A DNA stretch of 64,000 nucleotides from Candidatus Latescibacterota bacterium (GTDB lineage: Bacteria; Latescibacterota; UBA2968; UBA8231). The notes under the pieces were generated by a model. The model made no database searches, was not told the origin of the DNA, and was given only the letters and a program-made list of their open reading frames with translations. The first letter of the stretch is position 1; every line of letters begins with the position of its first letter. The stretch covers positions 1,728,001 to 1,792,000 of the forward strand of contig CBDCXV010000011.1 in NCBI GenBank assembly GCA_965223905.1, given 5' to 3'. The translations under genes and the position numbers were made by a program. Positions 53,113 to 62,636 of the stretch are shown piece by piece.

Positions 53113-55038
53113 ATGGACACCAGGATCTGCGCCTACGGCATGGACGGCCTCATAACCCCGATGGTGAAGAAGTTCGCCGCCGAGGGGATCCTGCCGAACT
53201 TCTCCCGCATGCTCGCCGAAGGGGCGGTAAACCAGACCGCCCCCTCCTTCCCGGTCTGGACGCCGACCAACTGGGCGACCCTGTCGACGGGAGCGCACAC
53301 CGGCACCCACGGGGCCACGCGCTGGCGCGTGCAGCTGCCCTCCGGGGAACGGATAAGCAGCTTCGACGGCCGCGCCCTCAGCGCCGAGCGCATCTGGAAC
53401 GCCCTGGAACGGGCCGGCCTAAAATCCGTTGCCGTGCACTATCCGGCCGCGGATCCATCCGGCGTGAAGATCGGTTGCGTCGTCGACGGGTACGGCCACC
53501 CCGGACACGCCAGCACCGACTACGAAATCGCCGCGGCGCAGGCGTACACCACCTCCGCTGTTGCGGAGAGCGGCATCGAGATGGACCACGACGGCACCGC
53601 GGTGAGGCGCTCCCAGCGGAGCGTACAGCAGGTTGCGCCGCTACGGCCCGCGGAGGGCTGGACCGACCTGCCTCCCGGCAAGTCGCCTCCCCTGGCCACC
53701 GCAATCGAGATCGAGGCGGTTCAGGGCGGCGACGTTACCGTCCTCCAGGTGCTGGTCACCGACTCCCAAGGGAACGGGTACGACCGCGTGACCGTCTGCC
53801 GGGACCGCGACGGCGGCGCCCCTCTCGCCGCGGCCGCGGCCGGCTGCTGGAGCGACTGGGCGATCGGCGACTTCGCTAGCGCCGGGCGCCGGCAGCGCGC
53901 CTCGGTGCGCTTCAAGCCGGTCGCCCTGAGCGCCGACGGGACCCACCTCCAGCTCTACCGCTCGCAGGTGACCTTCGCCGACGGCTTCACATACCCCGGC
54001 GATCTCGCCGCCGAGCTGGTCGACCGCTTCGGACCCTACCAGGAGCACGCCTCGACCCTGCCGTACACCCACGGCATGGCGGACTTCGACACCGCCATGG
54101 AGGAGTGCGAGTACCAGGGGATGTGGTTCGCCGACGTCGCCAACTACATGCTGCGGGAGAAGGACTGCTCCTTCTTCATCTGCCACTGGCACCTGTTCGA
54201 CTACCTCAATCACATCCACCTGAACGACGTCGATCCCGCCTGTCCCGGGTACGATCCGGCGAAAGCGGAGGAGGCGATGCAGATGTTCCGCAAAGCCTAC
54301 CGGGTCGGTGACCGCGTCCTCGGGCGCATCCGCGAGGCGGCCGGCCCCGGCACCTACGTCAGCGTCCTCGCCGACCACGGCGCCTACCCCGACGTCCGCG
54401 TCGCCAACATCCGCAAGTACCTCCACGACCGGGGATTCACCGTGCTGAAGCCTGGCGGCGGCAGCCGCGTCGAGGAGGACCTCGTGCTCGAGGAGGACAT
54501 CGACTGGCAGAGGACGCGCGCCTACCTCAAGGACGACAAGGGGTTCGACATCTACATCAACGCCGGCCCGGGGGAGGAGTTCGACCGCATCGAGCGGGAG
54601 CTGCTGCTGGCGCTGCGCACCTGGGTCGACGAGGAGGTCGGGGGAACCCCGGTCGCCATCGCCCTGCCGAAGCGGGACGCCTACCTGCTCGGGCAGTGGG
54701 GGCCGCAGTGCGGGGACGTGGTGTTCGCCTGGGACCACGGGTATGTCAGCGGCTATTTCGGCCAATGGCGCGGCATCGTCGGTGGGGGCGCCGCCGGCGC
54801 CCCGGAGGTGTACGGCGCCCATCACGGCGGCTTCTTGCCGACCCGCAACGACCTCTCCTCGAGCTTCGGAACCATGATGATCGCCGGCCCCGGCGTGAAG
54901 AAGGGGTACGAACGCCCGGTGGAAGAGCTCGGGTACATCCACGCCGTCGACGTGGTGGCGACCTACTGCCACCTCTTCGGGGTCGAGCCGCCGGCCCACT
55001 GCCAGGGAGCGGTCGCCCGCGACCTGTTCGAGGGCTAG
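53113..55038 (+). CDS. alkaline phosphatase superfamily, nucleotide pyrophosphatase/phosphodiesterase-like, copy 2
   Basis: GGAG RBS; GMDG, FPVWTPTNWATLSTG, DYLNH, ADHG, GAHHG. Confidence 0.85.
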   Translation: MDTRICAYGMDGLITPMVKKFAAEGILPNFSRMLAEGAVNQTAPSFPVWTPTNWATLSTGAHTGTHGATRWRVQLPSGERISSFDGRALSAERIWNALERAGLKSVAVHYPAADPSGVKIGCVVDGYGHPGHASTDYEIAAAQAYTTSAVAESGIEMDHDGTAVRRSQRSVQQVAPLRPAEGWTDLPPGKSPPLATAIEIEAVQGGDVTVLQVLVTDSQGNGYDRVTVCRDRDGGAPLAAAAAGCWSDWAIGDFASAGRRQRASVRFKPVALSADGTHLQLYRSQVTFADGFTYPGDLAAELVDRFGPYQEHASTLPYTHGMADFDTAMEECEYQGMWFADVANYMLREKDCSFFICHWHLFDYLNHIHLNDVDPACPGYDPAKAEEAMQMFRKAYRVGDRVLGRIREAAGPGTYVSVLADHGAYPDVRVANIRKYLHDRGFTVLKPGGGSRVEEDLVLEEDIDWQRTRAYLKDDKGFDIYINAGPGEEFDRIERELLLALRTWVDEEVGGTPVAIALPKRDAYLLGQWGPQCGDVVFAWDHGYVSGYFGQWRGIVGGGAAGAPEVYGAHHGGFLPTRNDLSSSFGTMMIAGPGVKKGYERPVEELGYIHAVDVVATYCHLFGVEPPAHCQGAVARDLFEG

Positions 55039-55086
55039 TGCCGTTCGGCGCCGGACGGCTCGCTGCCCCGGGACGACAGGAGCGAC

Positions 55087-55574
55087 ATGGCTGAACGACC
55101 CAACATCCTGCTCGTGGTTTCCGACCAGATGGTCGCCGCCCTCACCGGGGCGTACGGCCATCCGGTCGTGCGCACCCCCCACCTAGCGCCGAGGGGGACG
55201 GCAGCGGCCGCTGCGTCTTCGCCCAGGCGCACGAGGCGGTCGGCATGCCCTGCATCATGATGCGCGAGGGGCGCTACAAGTACAGCTACATACACGGGTA
55301 CGAGCCGCAGCTGTTCGACCTGCAGACCGACCCGGGAGAGTGGAACAACCTCGCCGCCGACCCGGGGCACGCCGGCGTCGCCCGGCGCATGGAGGGGGCC
55401 ATCCTCGGGCGCTTCGATCCGGCGGCGATGGAGCAGGAGAACCTCGAAAGCCTGTACCGCCGCCGCCTGATCCGCGACGTGATGCGGGAGCGCGGCCAGA
55501 CCTGGTGGCACTTTCCCCGCTACGACTACCGGCGGGGAGCGATGGACCAGTACCTCGGGGAGGAGACGCCGTGA
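55087..55574 (+). pseudogene. choline-sulfatase (BetC)-like sulfatase with a large out-of-frame internal deletion
   Basis: N-terminus MAERPNILLVVSDQ...YGHPVVRTPHL joined directly to a C-terminus MMREGRYKY...QLFDLQTDPGEWNNLA in another frame; no CxPxR motif. Confidence 0.85.
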
Positions 55575-56353
55575 GCAGGACGGAAGACCAGCAGCAGTTC
55601 GACACCTTCGGCTTCGTCGTCAAGCGGCAGCTGTTCACGCCTGAGGAAGTCGACCTTATCAGCGGCGAATTCGACGCGGCGATGCGGGAGGAACGCGAGG
55701 GGCAGGTGCCGGCGCTGACGGAACGGCAGACCATTCACGACTGGGTCAGGGGCCGCCCGGAAGTCGCCTGGCTCGAAACCGACCCACGCATCCGCGGCAA
55801 GGTCGACGAGCTGCTGGGGCCGGACAATCATCTCAAGGACAACAACGACGGCAACCTCTACGTCGGCGACACCGGGTGGCATCCCGATCTCGGCTGGGAC
55901 GCCGCCATCCCCGAAGGAGAGAACGATCCCTACCGGCTGGCCGGCAACCTGACCAACCACTACCGGCCGTCGATCAAGGCCGCCTTCTACCTCGATCCGG
56001 TGGGGCGGGATTCAGGCTGCCTGGGGGTTATCCCCGGGTCGCACAGGAACCCCTACCACGATTCCCTCTGGTCCCTGCACCTCGACATCCCGGCGCGGGC
56101 GCGGAATTTCGAGCACGTGGCGCCGAAGCTGCTGCAGATGTGGGAAAGGGATACCGGCAGCCCCGAGGGCGGGGAGGAGCTGCTGCGCGACCCCGAGGTC
56201 AACATCTTCGCCATCCCCCCTGCCGAGGTGCCCGCCCATGCCATCGAGTCGGAGCCCGGAGACGTCGTCTTCTTCAGCCACCAGCTCTGGCACGCCTCGT
56301 TCGGCGGCGGCAGCGGCCGCCGCATGTTCACGCTGAACTTCCTGACGAGTTGA
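55571..56353 (+). CDS. phytanoyl-CoA dioxygenase (PhyH)-family Fe(II)/2OG dioxygenase
   Basis: FDTFGFVV, WHPD (HxD), VIPGSH, PGDVVFF...WHAS, RRMF; GTGA overlap with the upstream stop. Confidence 0.9.
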   Translation: MSRTEDQQQFDTFGFVVKRQLFTPEEVDLISGEFDAAMREEREGQVPALTERQTIHDWVRGRPEVAWLETDPRIRGKVDELLGPDNHLKDNNDGNLYVGDTGWHPDLGWDAAIPEGENDPYRLAGNLTNHYRPSIKAAFYLDPVGRDSGCLGVIPGSHRNPYHDSLWSLHLDIPARARNFEHVAPKLLQMWERDTGSPEGGEELLRDPEVNIFAIPPAEVPAHAIESEPGDVVFFSHQLWHASFGGGSGRRMFTLNFLTS

Positions 56354-56392
56354 ACGGTTCTTCAGGATCCGGGTGAAGCCGGAAAGTGCAAC

Positions 56393-56416
56393 AGGTGGAG
56401 GTATAGGTGGAGGTAT
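56393..56416 (+). repeat. perfect 12-bp tandem duplication containing the Shine-Dalgarno site
   Basis: aggtggaggtat x2 immediately before ATG 56419. Confidence 0.9.
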
Positions 56417-56418
56417 AT

Positions 56419-57132
56419 ATGAAGACGCTCTTTGTCTTTTCTCTATCGGTATTGCCGCACCTCGGCTGCTCCCAGACCCAATTCTTCCTGCAAAAGCCGG
56501 TGCCACGGGAGCTCGTCGAGGACTATCCTCCGATTGAAGTAACCGACAAAGATCGGCTATCCATCTTCTTCAGAGTAAATGGGAATGCGGATAGCACATG
56601 CGCCATCCGAGACAGGAAAAACAAGCTTATCGCTGTGAATGTCGTCGAGTCCAACGAAGAGCATCTGCTTCTTTCATCAAGCGAATGGAAGACCGTACAG
56701 CAGATACCTCGGCGGTATCTTTCCTTGAGAGAACTCCGCATCCGTTCGCCCAATGCCGTTCACGACAAGCTTACAGTTTTTCTTCCTCTTGGAGCCATTG
56801 AAGAGATCCAGATCGCTGACAGGGATCTGGAATGGCCTCCCCCCTGGTCGCGACTGGGAGAGGCCCTCCGATGGTCTTACCAGGGAGCAGCTGTCGGGTT
56901 TTACGCCGTTGTTCTGTTCTTCTCACCTGATGCCGATGATGGTGGTGGGGTCCGCAGAATCGACCGGTATGGCATAAGTTCCAACGATGTTTTCAAAGCA
57001 GCAGCGACAGCGGGCGTTGGAGGTGCGCTTCTATATCCCGCTGCCAGGCTGCTGTGGCCCGAATCCACCGATGTTACCCGGAGCTACCAGATAAACAGCG
57101 GCGGTGGATACAGGGTAGACTTCAAACGTTGA
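56419..57132 (+). CDS. hypothetical lipoprotein/membrane protein with A/T-richer codon usage
   Basis: HLGC lipobox-like signal; two hydrophobic C-terminal segments; visibly more A/T than its neighbours. Confidence 0.65.
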   Translation: MKTLFVFSLSVLPHLGCSQTQFFLQKPVPRELVEDYPPIEVTDKDRLSIFFRVNGNADSTCAIRDRKNKLIAVNVVESNEEHLLLSSSEWKTVQQIPRRYLSLRELRIRSPNAVHDKLTVFLPLGAIEEIQIADRDLEWPPPWSRLGEALRWSYQGAAVGFYAVVLFFSPDADDGGGVRRIDRYGISSNDVFKAAATAGVGGALLYPAARLLWPESTDVTRSYQINSGGGYRVDFKR

Positions 57133-57306
57133 CCGGTAGAGAGCAGGGTTTCGTATCCCCGATCAGCCTCCTCCAACTCGCAGCACCCTACAACAGACTC
57201 GCGCCGCACCCCCCTTCGGGCGCCATGGCTTGGCCAATCCCGGTTAGGAACTCGCAAACTGCGGAATCAGTATGGTAATGCGTTTGATGGATAAGCGGAC
57301 CCGAAT

Positions 57307-58080
57307 ATGAACAGGTATCATCGGGGAAACAGGGATCGCTGGAACCTGGGGTCGCCAAGGTGGGCGGCCTCGCAGGACCGGCGCGGTACCTGGAGAATCG
57401 CCCACCGACAGCCGGGGAAGATCTTCCTTCGGCAGGAGCTGGAACTGATCGGAACGGTCGAAAACCAGGACATCTGCGTCCTGGGCAGCGGCAACAACCT
57501 CGCTGTATTCGCCTTCGCCGGGATGGGGGCCCGGGTCACCTCCGTCGACATCTCCGCGGAGCAGTTGCAGGTCGCGCGCAAGCGTGCGGATAAACTGGGG
57601 CTGGACATCCAATTCACGGAAGCGGACGTCATGGACCTGCGCTGCCTCGAAAGCTCGAGCCATGACCTGGTGTACACCGGCGGCCACGTCGGGGTCTGGG
57701 TCTCCGATCTGCGGACCTACTACCGCGAGGCGATTCGCATTTTGCGCGAGGGAGGTTTGTTCCTCGTCAACGAGTACCACCCGTTCCGCAGGATATGGAA
57801 GGATTCGGGCACTTCGCTGGAAGTCCAGTTCAGCTACTTCGACAGGGGGCCGCATGAGTACTTTATTTCAGAGGATCATGCAGAGGCACCCGACGACATG
57901 AAGCAGCTCGAATTCCACTGGACGGTTTCCCAGTACCTCAACGCGGTCATTGAGCAGGGAGTCGAGCTGATAAGGTTCGAGGAGATCGAAGACGCCTCGG
58001 AGGAATGGGAAGGCGCCCCGCTCGAGGGACTGCCCCGGATACTGTTGATCGCGGGCAGGAAAACCAGGGCAGGCGACTGA
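57307..58080 (+). CDS. class I SAM-dependent methyltransferase
   Basis: ICVLGSG, VTSVDIS, FTEADV, HDLVYT, ILREGG.FLVNEYHP. Confidence 0.88.
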   Translation: MNRYHRGNRDRWNLGSPRWAASQDRRGTWRIAHRQPGKIFLRQELELIGTVENQDICVLGSGNNLAVFAFAGMGARVTSVDISAEQLQVARKRADKLGLDIQFTEADVMDLRCLESSSHDLVYTGGHVGVWVSDLRTYYREAIRILREGGLFLVNEYHPFRRIWKDSGTSLEVQFSYFDRGPHEYFISEDHAEAPDDMKQLEFHWTVSQYLNAVIEQGVELIRFEEIEDASEEWEGAPLEGLPRILLIAGRKTRAGD

Positions 58081-58217
58081 TCAGGTTGCGATCCCGGTTA
58101 CAGCACCGTCCGCGCCAAGCCTGTCCCAGCCGGCTTTCCCCGGCAACCGCAATCGCCAGTTGCACTCTGGAAAAACCGCGGCGGAATTCAGACGCAGGTT
58201 GAAGTTACCTTTCCCAT

Positions 58218-59102
58218 CTACATCCGCAGGAAGCGCTCGGCCGTCCCCCCCATGACGGCGGCGCGCTCGGCGTCGCTCAGCTGCGGCAATAGCTCGTCGA
58301 CCACCCTCGTCATCCTGCCGTAGCCCGGGTTCTCGGCGATCCACGGAAAATCCGAGGCCCACATCAGACGGTCCGCCCCGAAGGTCTTGGTCAGCAGGCG
58401 CTCGTGCACGCCGGTGAGGTCGCGGTAGGGCCACTCCTCGCCGCTGACCGCGTACTGCCCGGAGAGGTGGACGCAGACGTTGTCGTACTCGCGCAGGCAG
58501 AGCAGCGAGTAGTGGCTGGCGGGAAAACCGGTCGAGGTCTCGATCCGGGGGCGTCCCTCGTCGTCCCAGGTGAAGGTCCCGGTGCCGGGGCAGACCATCA
58601 GGTGGTTGAAGACGACCCGGACCTGCGGGAAGGCTTCGACGAGGTAGGGGACGAGGTGGGTGTCCGCGGCCCTTATGTAGAGCCAGAGGACGCAATCCTT
58701 CTCCGCGGCGTGATTCCAGATCGGAAAGGTCGCCAGCTGCCTGACGTCGACCGGGGCGAACGGATCGGCCGGGCCGCCGACGTGGCGCATCCGGAAGCCG
58801 ATGACCCCGTCCCCGGCGAGCCGGTCCATGTGGTCTTCCGGGGAAGCGGCCGTTTCGGGAATGAGTCCGATCCCGGAAAAGCGGCCGGGCCAGGAGCGCA
58901 GGCAGTTCAGCAGGTAGCGGTGGTGCTCGAGCCCGGAGCCCCCGGTCTGCACCAGCACGGCGCGGTCGACGCCGTGCTCCTCCATCAGGCCGAGCAGCTT
59001 TTCGGCCGGCTCCTCGCGCTCGGCTGGACGCCCCTTCCCGATCTCGCGCGGAAACTCGGCGGAGGCGCGGGCGAATACGTGAACGTGCGAGTCTACGATC
59101 AT
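58218..59102 (-). CDS. amidohydrolase family protein (Amidohydro_2)
   Basis: IVDSHVH, GVDRAVLVQ, VVFNH, FGADRLMWASDFP. Confidence 0.9.
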   Translation of the reverse strand: MIVDSHVHVFARASAEFPREIGKGRPAEREEPAEKLLGLMEEHGVDRAVLVQTGGSGLEHHRYLLNCLRSWPGRFSGIGLIPETAASPEDHMDRLAGDGVIGFRMRHVGGPADPFAPVDVRQLATFPIWNHAAEKDCVLWLYIRAADTHLVPYLVEAFPQVRVVFNHLMVCPGTGTFTWDDEGRPRIETSTGFPASHYSLLCLREYDNVCVHLSGQYAVSGEEWPYRDLTGVHERLLTKTFGADRLMWASDFPWIAENPGYGRMTRVVDELLPQLSDAERAAVMGGTAERFLRM

Positions 59103-59113
59103 GGCTTGCCTGC

Positions 59114-59431
59114 TCAGGTTTCCCACAGAAACAGCCGGCGGCGCTCCGGCGTGGCGAGCTTGTCCGCGAGCCCGGAGAAGGGGCTCTGCTTCGGCTCGCC
59201 CGGCTTCTCGTAGGTGAGGATCACCGACTTGCGCGGCCGGGTGCCGCGGTTGCTCCAGGCGGTATGCCAGCCGAAGGCGTCGAAGATGACCGCGGTGCCC
59301 GCCTTGCCGGCCCGGGCCCCCGCATCGAAGGCTTCCTGCAGGCGGGTCAGCTCGCTCCCCGCGATCGCCTCCTCGATGACGAGGTATCCCTCCGTTTCGA
59401 ACTGTTGCCGCCGATCAGTGGCTATGGTCAT
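59114..59431 (-). pseudogene. PhyH-family dioxygenase with an in-frame internal deletion (105 aa)
   Basis: QFETEGYLVIEEAI N-terminus fused to KAGTAVIFD...WHTAWSNRGTRPRKS C-terminus; HxD and PGSH core absent. Confidence 0.75.
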
Positions 59432-59448
59432 CTCTGGCCCTTTCCTTC

Positions 59449-59706
59449 CAGTGCCTGCGCGCGCAATTCCGCGTGAATTCGGCCGCAACTGCATCGGCTC
59501 GCTGCGGCCCCCTCCTCCCTCCGCTTACTTGCGCCCCCCAGGCACCAGTCATCACATGGATGGCGAAGCAATACTGCCTCTTTCGCCGGTTCACCCCGCG
59601 CCGGGAATCCTTCTCCCGGTGGATACCCCAAGCCAGCCCGTCGCCTTCCTCGGGGCCGGGAACCCCGCAGCGGGACCTCCCTTGTCGCCACCCCCTGCAG
59701 GCGCTG
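59449..59706. mobile_element. MITE/REP-like non-coding element, copy 2
   Basis: Ends cagtgcctgc ... gcaggcgctg. The first 15 nt equal the left end of copy 1, and the first ~47 nt resemble the reverse complement of its right end. Confidence 0.55.
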
Positions 59707-59711
59707 CCGGA

Positions 59712-60911
59712 TCACCCCTTCGGCGGCGGCTTCCAGTGCACGGCCTGGATCGGGCCGCAGTGCCGGTAGGGGCCTGCCGTGATCAGGGTGCCGTCCGGCA
59801 TGGCGATGCAGCCGGGATAGTTCTCCCCCTCTCCGAGGATGTATTCCTCCGGCTCCCAGGTGCCGCCGGCGTCGTAGCTGACCCGGGCGCGCACCCCGGC
59901 ACGGGCGAAGCGGTCGTGGTAGCGGCTGTCGTAGGCGAGCACGAGGGTCGTGCCGTCCGCCAGCAGAGCCAGGTCGCCGGAGCACTGCTCGTACCCGGTG
60001 ACCCGCCGTTCGTTCACCCAGGTGCGGCCGCCGTCCCCGGACTCCGACACGAACACCGACTTGACGCGGGCGGCCTCCTCGTCGATCGGCTCCTCGAAGC
60101 CGGTGTACTCCGGGTCGTAGCCGTTGGCGCGCATCTCCGCCTCGATATCCTCCGGGTCGCCGGGGAGGCGGATGTTGCGCTGCTTGCGGATGGCCGAGAG
60201 CAGCTTCCCCGACGGCAGCTCGAGCAGGTGGACCTCGGCGCCGTGCATCACCAGCGGGCTCTTCTCCGGCCAGGTGACGCCGCCGTCGCCGGAGCGCAGG
60301 AGATGGGCGAACACCCCCCGCTGCTCGACCGGCACCTCCTTCTCCTCCGCCATCTCGAGGTAGAAGAAGAGGTCCATGGTCAGCAGCAGGGTGCCGTCGG
60401 CGAGCTGGATCATGTCGGAGTTGCCCGCGGCCACGGAGCGGTGAGCTCCGAGCGGCAGCTCCATGCGCTCGACCGACCAGGTGGCGCCGCGGTCTCCGGA
60501 ACGGGCGATGTAGGACTCGCTGTTGCGGCGGTGGTTCGAGGGCATGACGTTGAGCAGGAAGGTGCCGTCTTCGAGGATCTCGAAGGCCCCGACCCAGCCG
60601 GCCTCGCTGTCCCTCGGCATTTGCTTCAGGTCGAAGCGCTCCATGCCGAGGTCGTACTGGTGCCCGGACCAGGACCTGCCGCCGTCCGCGGACCGGAACA
60701 TGCGGCGCTCGAAGGTGGGGCCGGTGACGAACAGGTCGCCGTCCCCGGCCCGGCGGATGTAGCGGCAGCTTCCCGAGGCGCCCTGGTGGTCGATGCCGAG
60801 ATCGACGCGCTGCGCCGGCAGGTACGACACCTCTCCGTCCCGCACGACGGCGATGCGGTCCCCGCCGCCGGGGTCCGGGCTCAGGTCGACGAGCTGTTCT
60901 GTTGCGGTCAT
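59712..60911 (-). CDS. sialidase-fold (BNR/Asp-box) protein without signal peptide
   Basis: SADGGRSW, SGDRGATW, SGDGGVTW, SGDGGRTW, SYDAGGTW; ATGA overlap with the hydantoinase B stop. Confidence 0.85.
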   Translation of the reverse strand: MTATEQLVDLSPDPGGGDRIAVVRDGEVSYLPAQRVDLGIDHQGASGSCRYIRRAGDGDLFVTGPTFERRMFRSADGGRSWSGHQYDLGMERFDLKQMPRDSEAGWVGAFEILEDGTFLLNVMPSNHRRNSESYIARSGDRGATWSVERMELPLGAHRSVAAGNSDMIQLADGTLLLTMDLFFYLEMAEEKEVPVEQRGVFAHLLRSGDGGVTWPEKSPLVMHGAEVHLLELPSGKLLSAIRKQRNIRLPGDPEDIEAEMRANGYDPEYTGFEEPIDEEAARVKSVFVSESGDGGRTWVNERRVTGYEQCSGDLALLADGTTLVLAYDSRYHDRFARAGVRARVSYDAGGTWEPEEYILGEGENYPGCIAMPDGTLITAGPYRHCGPIQAVHWKPPPKG

Positions 60912-62632
60912 TGATCTCCTCCTTCCGGTTCGGGTTCCGCCCTCCTTTGCAGGGCCTGGCGCGCCGCCGCGGTCGCCTCGGCGTTGACGGCCCAACGCTC
61001 CGTGTCGAGGACCACGCCGTACTCCCTCAGGGCTGCCTCCGGGGTGACGCGGCCCTGGCGTACGTCCTCGAGCACCCGGCCGGGATCGCGCTCGAGCGGC
61101 GAGCCGAAACCGCCGCCGCCGGGAAGCCGAAGGGTCACCGTCTCGTCCGGGGGCAGCAGGTACTTCCGTTTCGGGTGCAGGGACTCGCCGTTCCCCAGGA
61201 AGAGCTCCCCCGGGGCGCCGTCCCCGCCGCCGTCGAACCCCCTGGCCGCGGACCGGGTGCGGTCGTACATCGGCGAGTGCAGCGTCTCCTCCCCGCTGTC
61301 GACCTTGAGCACCATCTCCTGGCCGAGGCCGCCCCGGAATTTACCCGCCCCGCCCGAGTCCGGACGCAGGGCCCGCCGCAGCATCAGCACCGGAGACACC
61401 GACTCTATCGCCTCGGCCGGGACGCCGCGGATGCCGCTGGGAAAGGCGGTCGCCGACAGCCCGTCGCTGTCCGGGCGCGCCCCCATGCCGCCGGCGGAGA
61501 AGAAGATGTAGGCGAACAGCCGGCCGTTGCGGTCGCGCCCTTCGAGCTGCGTGTTCCAGAGCCCGGCCGACCCGTCGGCGAGGACGCGTTCGGGAATCAC
61601 CTGAGACAGGGCCCCGAACACCGCCTGCGACAGGAAGTGGCCGATCAGGTGGCGCGCCCCGACGGCGCACGGAAAGCGCGCGTTGAGGATCGAGCCCTCG
61701 GGAGCGCGCACCGTTACCGGCCGGAAGCTGCCCTCGTTGTTGGGAACCTCGGGGCTGACGGCGCACTTGATGGGGTAGGTGGTGTAGGCGTGGGTGTAGT
61801 TGTAGACGACGTTGATGCCGCGGTCGACCTGGGGCGAGCTGCCGGCGAAATCGACGGTGATGCGTCGTCCCGCCACGGTTATGGCGGCGCGTATCTTCAG
61901 GGACTCGTCGAAACCGTCGATCTCGACCTCGTCCTCCCAGGTGCCGTCGGCGATAGCGGCGATCGCGTCCCCCGTCGCCTTCTCGGAGCGCTCGAGGATC
62001 GCCCTCGACAAATCCTCGATCTCCTCCAGGCCCTCCTCCTCCATCATGCGGATCAGCTTGCGAGCGCCGGCGTCGTTGCCGGCCTGCTGGGCGTAGAGAT
62101 CCCCCTCCACCTCGTCGGGGACGCGCACGTTGGCGCGCACGATGTCGATCAGCTCGCGGTTCAGCTCCCCCTCGCGAAACAGCTTCATGATCGGGATGTT
62201 GAGCCCCTCCTCGAACACCTCGCGGGCGTCGGCTCCGAGGGTGCGGCCGCCGATGTCCATGGCGTGACAGGTGTTGGCGAACCAGCCGACTCCCCTGCCG
62301 CGGTGGAACACCGGGGTGAGGACGGTGATGTCGTGGAGGTGGCCGGAGACGATCCACGGGTCGTTGGTCACCAGGCTGTCCCCGGGCCTGAGGCTGTCGA
62401 TCGGGTACTTGCGCGCGAAGTGCCGGACCCCGGTCGCCATGGTGTTGATGTGCCCGGGGGTTCCGGTCACCGCCTGGGCGAGCATGTTGCCGCCGCGGTC
62501 GAATACCCCGGCCGAGAGATCGCCGGCCTCGCGCACGACCGTTGTGAACGAGGAGTGCATGAGGGCCGCGGCCTGCTCGTTGGTGATCGAGATCAGGCGG
62601 TTCCAGAGTACTTCGAGGGTGACGTCGTCCAT
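60908..62632 (-). CDS. hyuB: hydantoinase B/5-oxoprolinase family subunit
   Basis: TNDPW..SGHLHD, HAMDIGG, FEEGL.IP, PDSGGAGKFRGG, PGGGGFGSP. Confidence 0.9.
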   Translation of the reverse strand: MDDVTLEVLWNRLISITNEQAAALMHSSFTTVVREAGDLSAGVFDRGGNMLAQAVTGTPGHINTMATGVRHFARKYPIDSLRPGDSLVTNDPWIVSGHLHDITVLTPVFHRGRGVGWFANTCHAMDIGGRTLGADAREVFEEGLNIPIMKLFREGELNRELIDIVRANVRVPDEVEGDLYAQQAGNDAGARKLIRMMEEEGLEEIEDLSRAILERSEKATGDAIAAIADGTWEDEVEIDGFDESLKIRAAITVAGRRITVDFAGSSPQVDRGINVVYNYTHAYTTYPIKCAVSPEVPNNEGSFRPVTVRAPEGSILNARFPCAVGARHLIGHFLSQAVFGALSQVIPERVLADGSAGLWNTQLEGRDRNGRLFAYIFFSAGGMGARPDSDGLSATAFPSGIRGVPAEAIESVSPVLMLRRALRPDSGGAGKFRGGLGQEMVLKVDSGEETLHSPMYDRTRSAARGFDGGGDGAPGELFLGNGESLHPKRKYLLPPDETVTLRLPGGGGFGSPLERDPGRVLEDVRQGRVTPEAALREYGVVLDTERWAVNAEATAAARQALQRRAEPEPEGGDQ

Positions 62633-62636
62633 CGCT

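Noticed and set aside
50917-55038. 1373-aa ORF suggesting a giant fusion
   Set aside because: The first half is an off-frame Arg/Gly-rich shadow of 51194..53083; the real gene starts at ATG 53113 with its own RBS.
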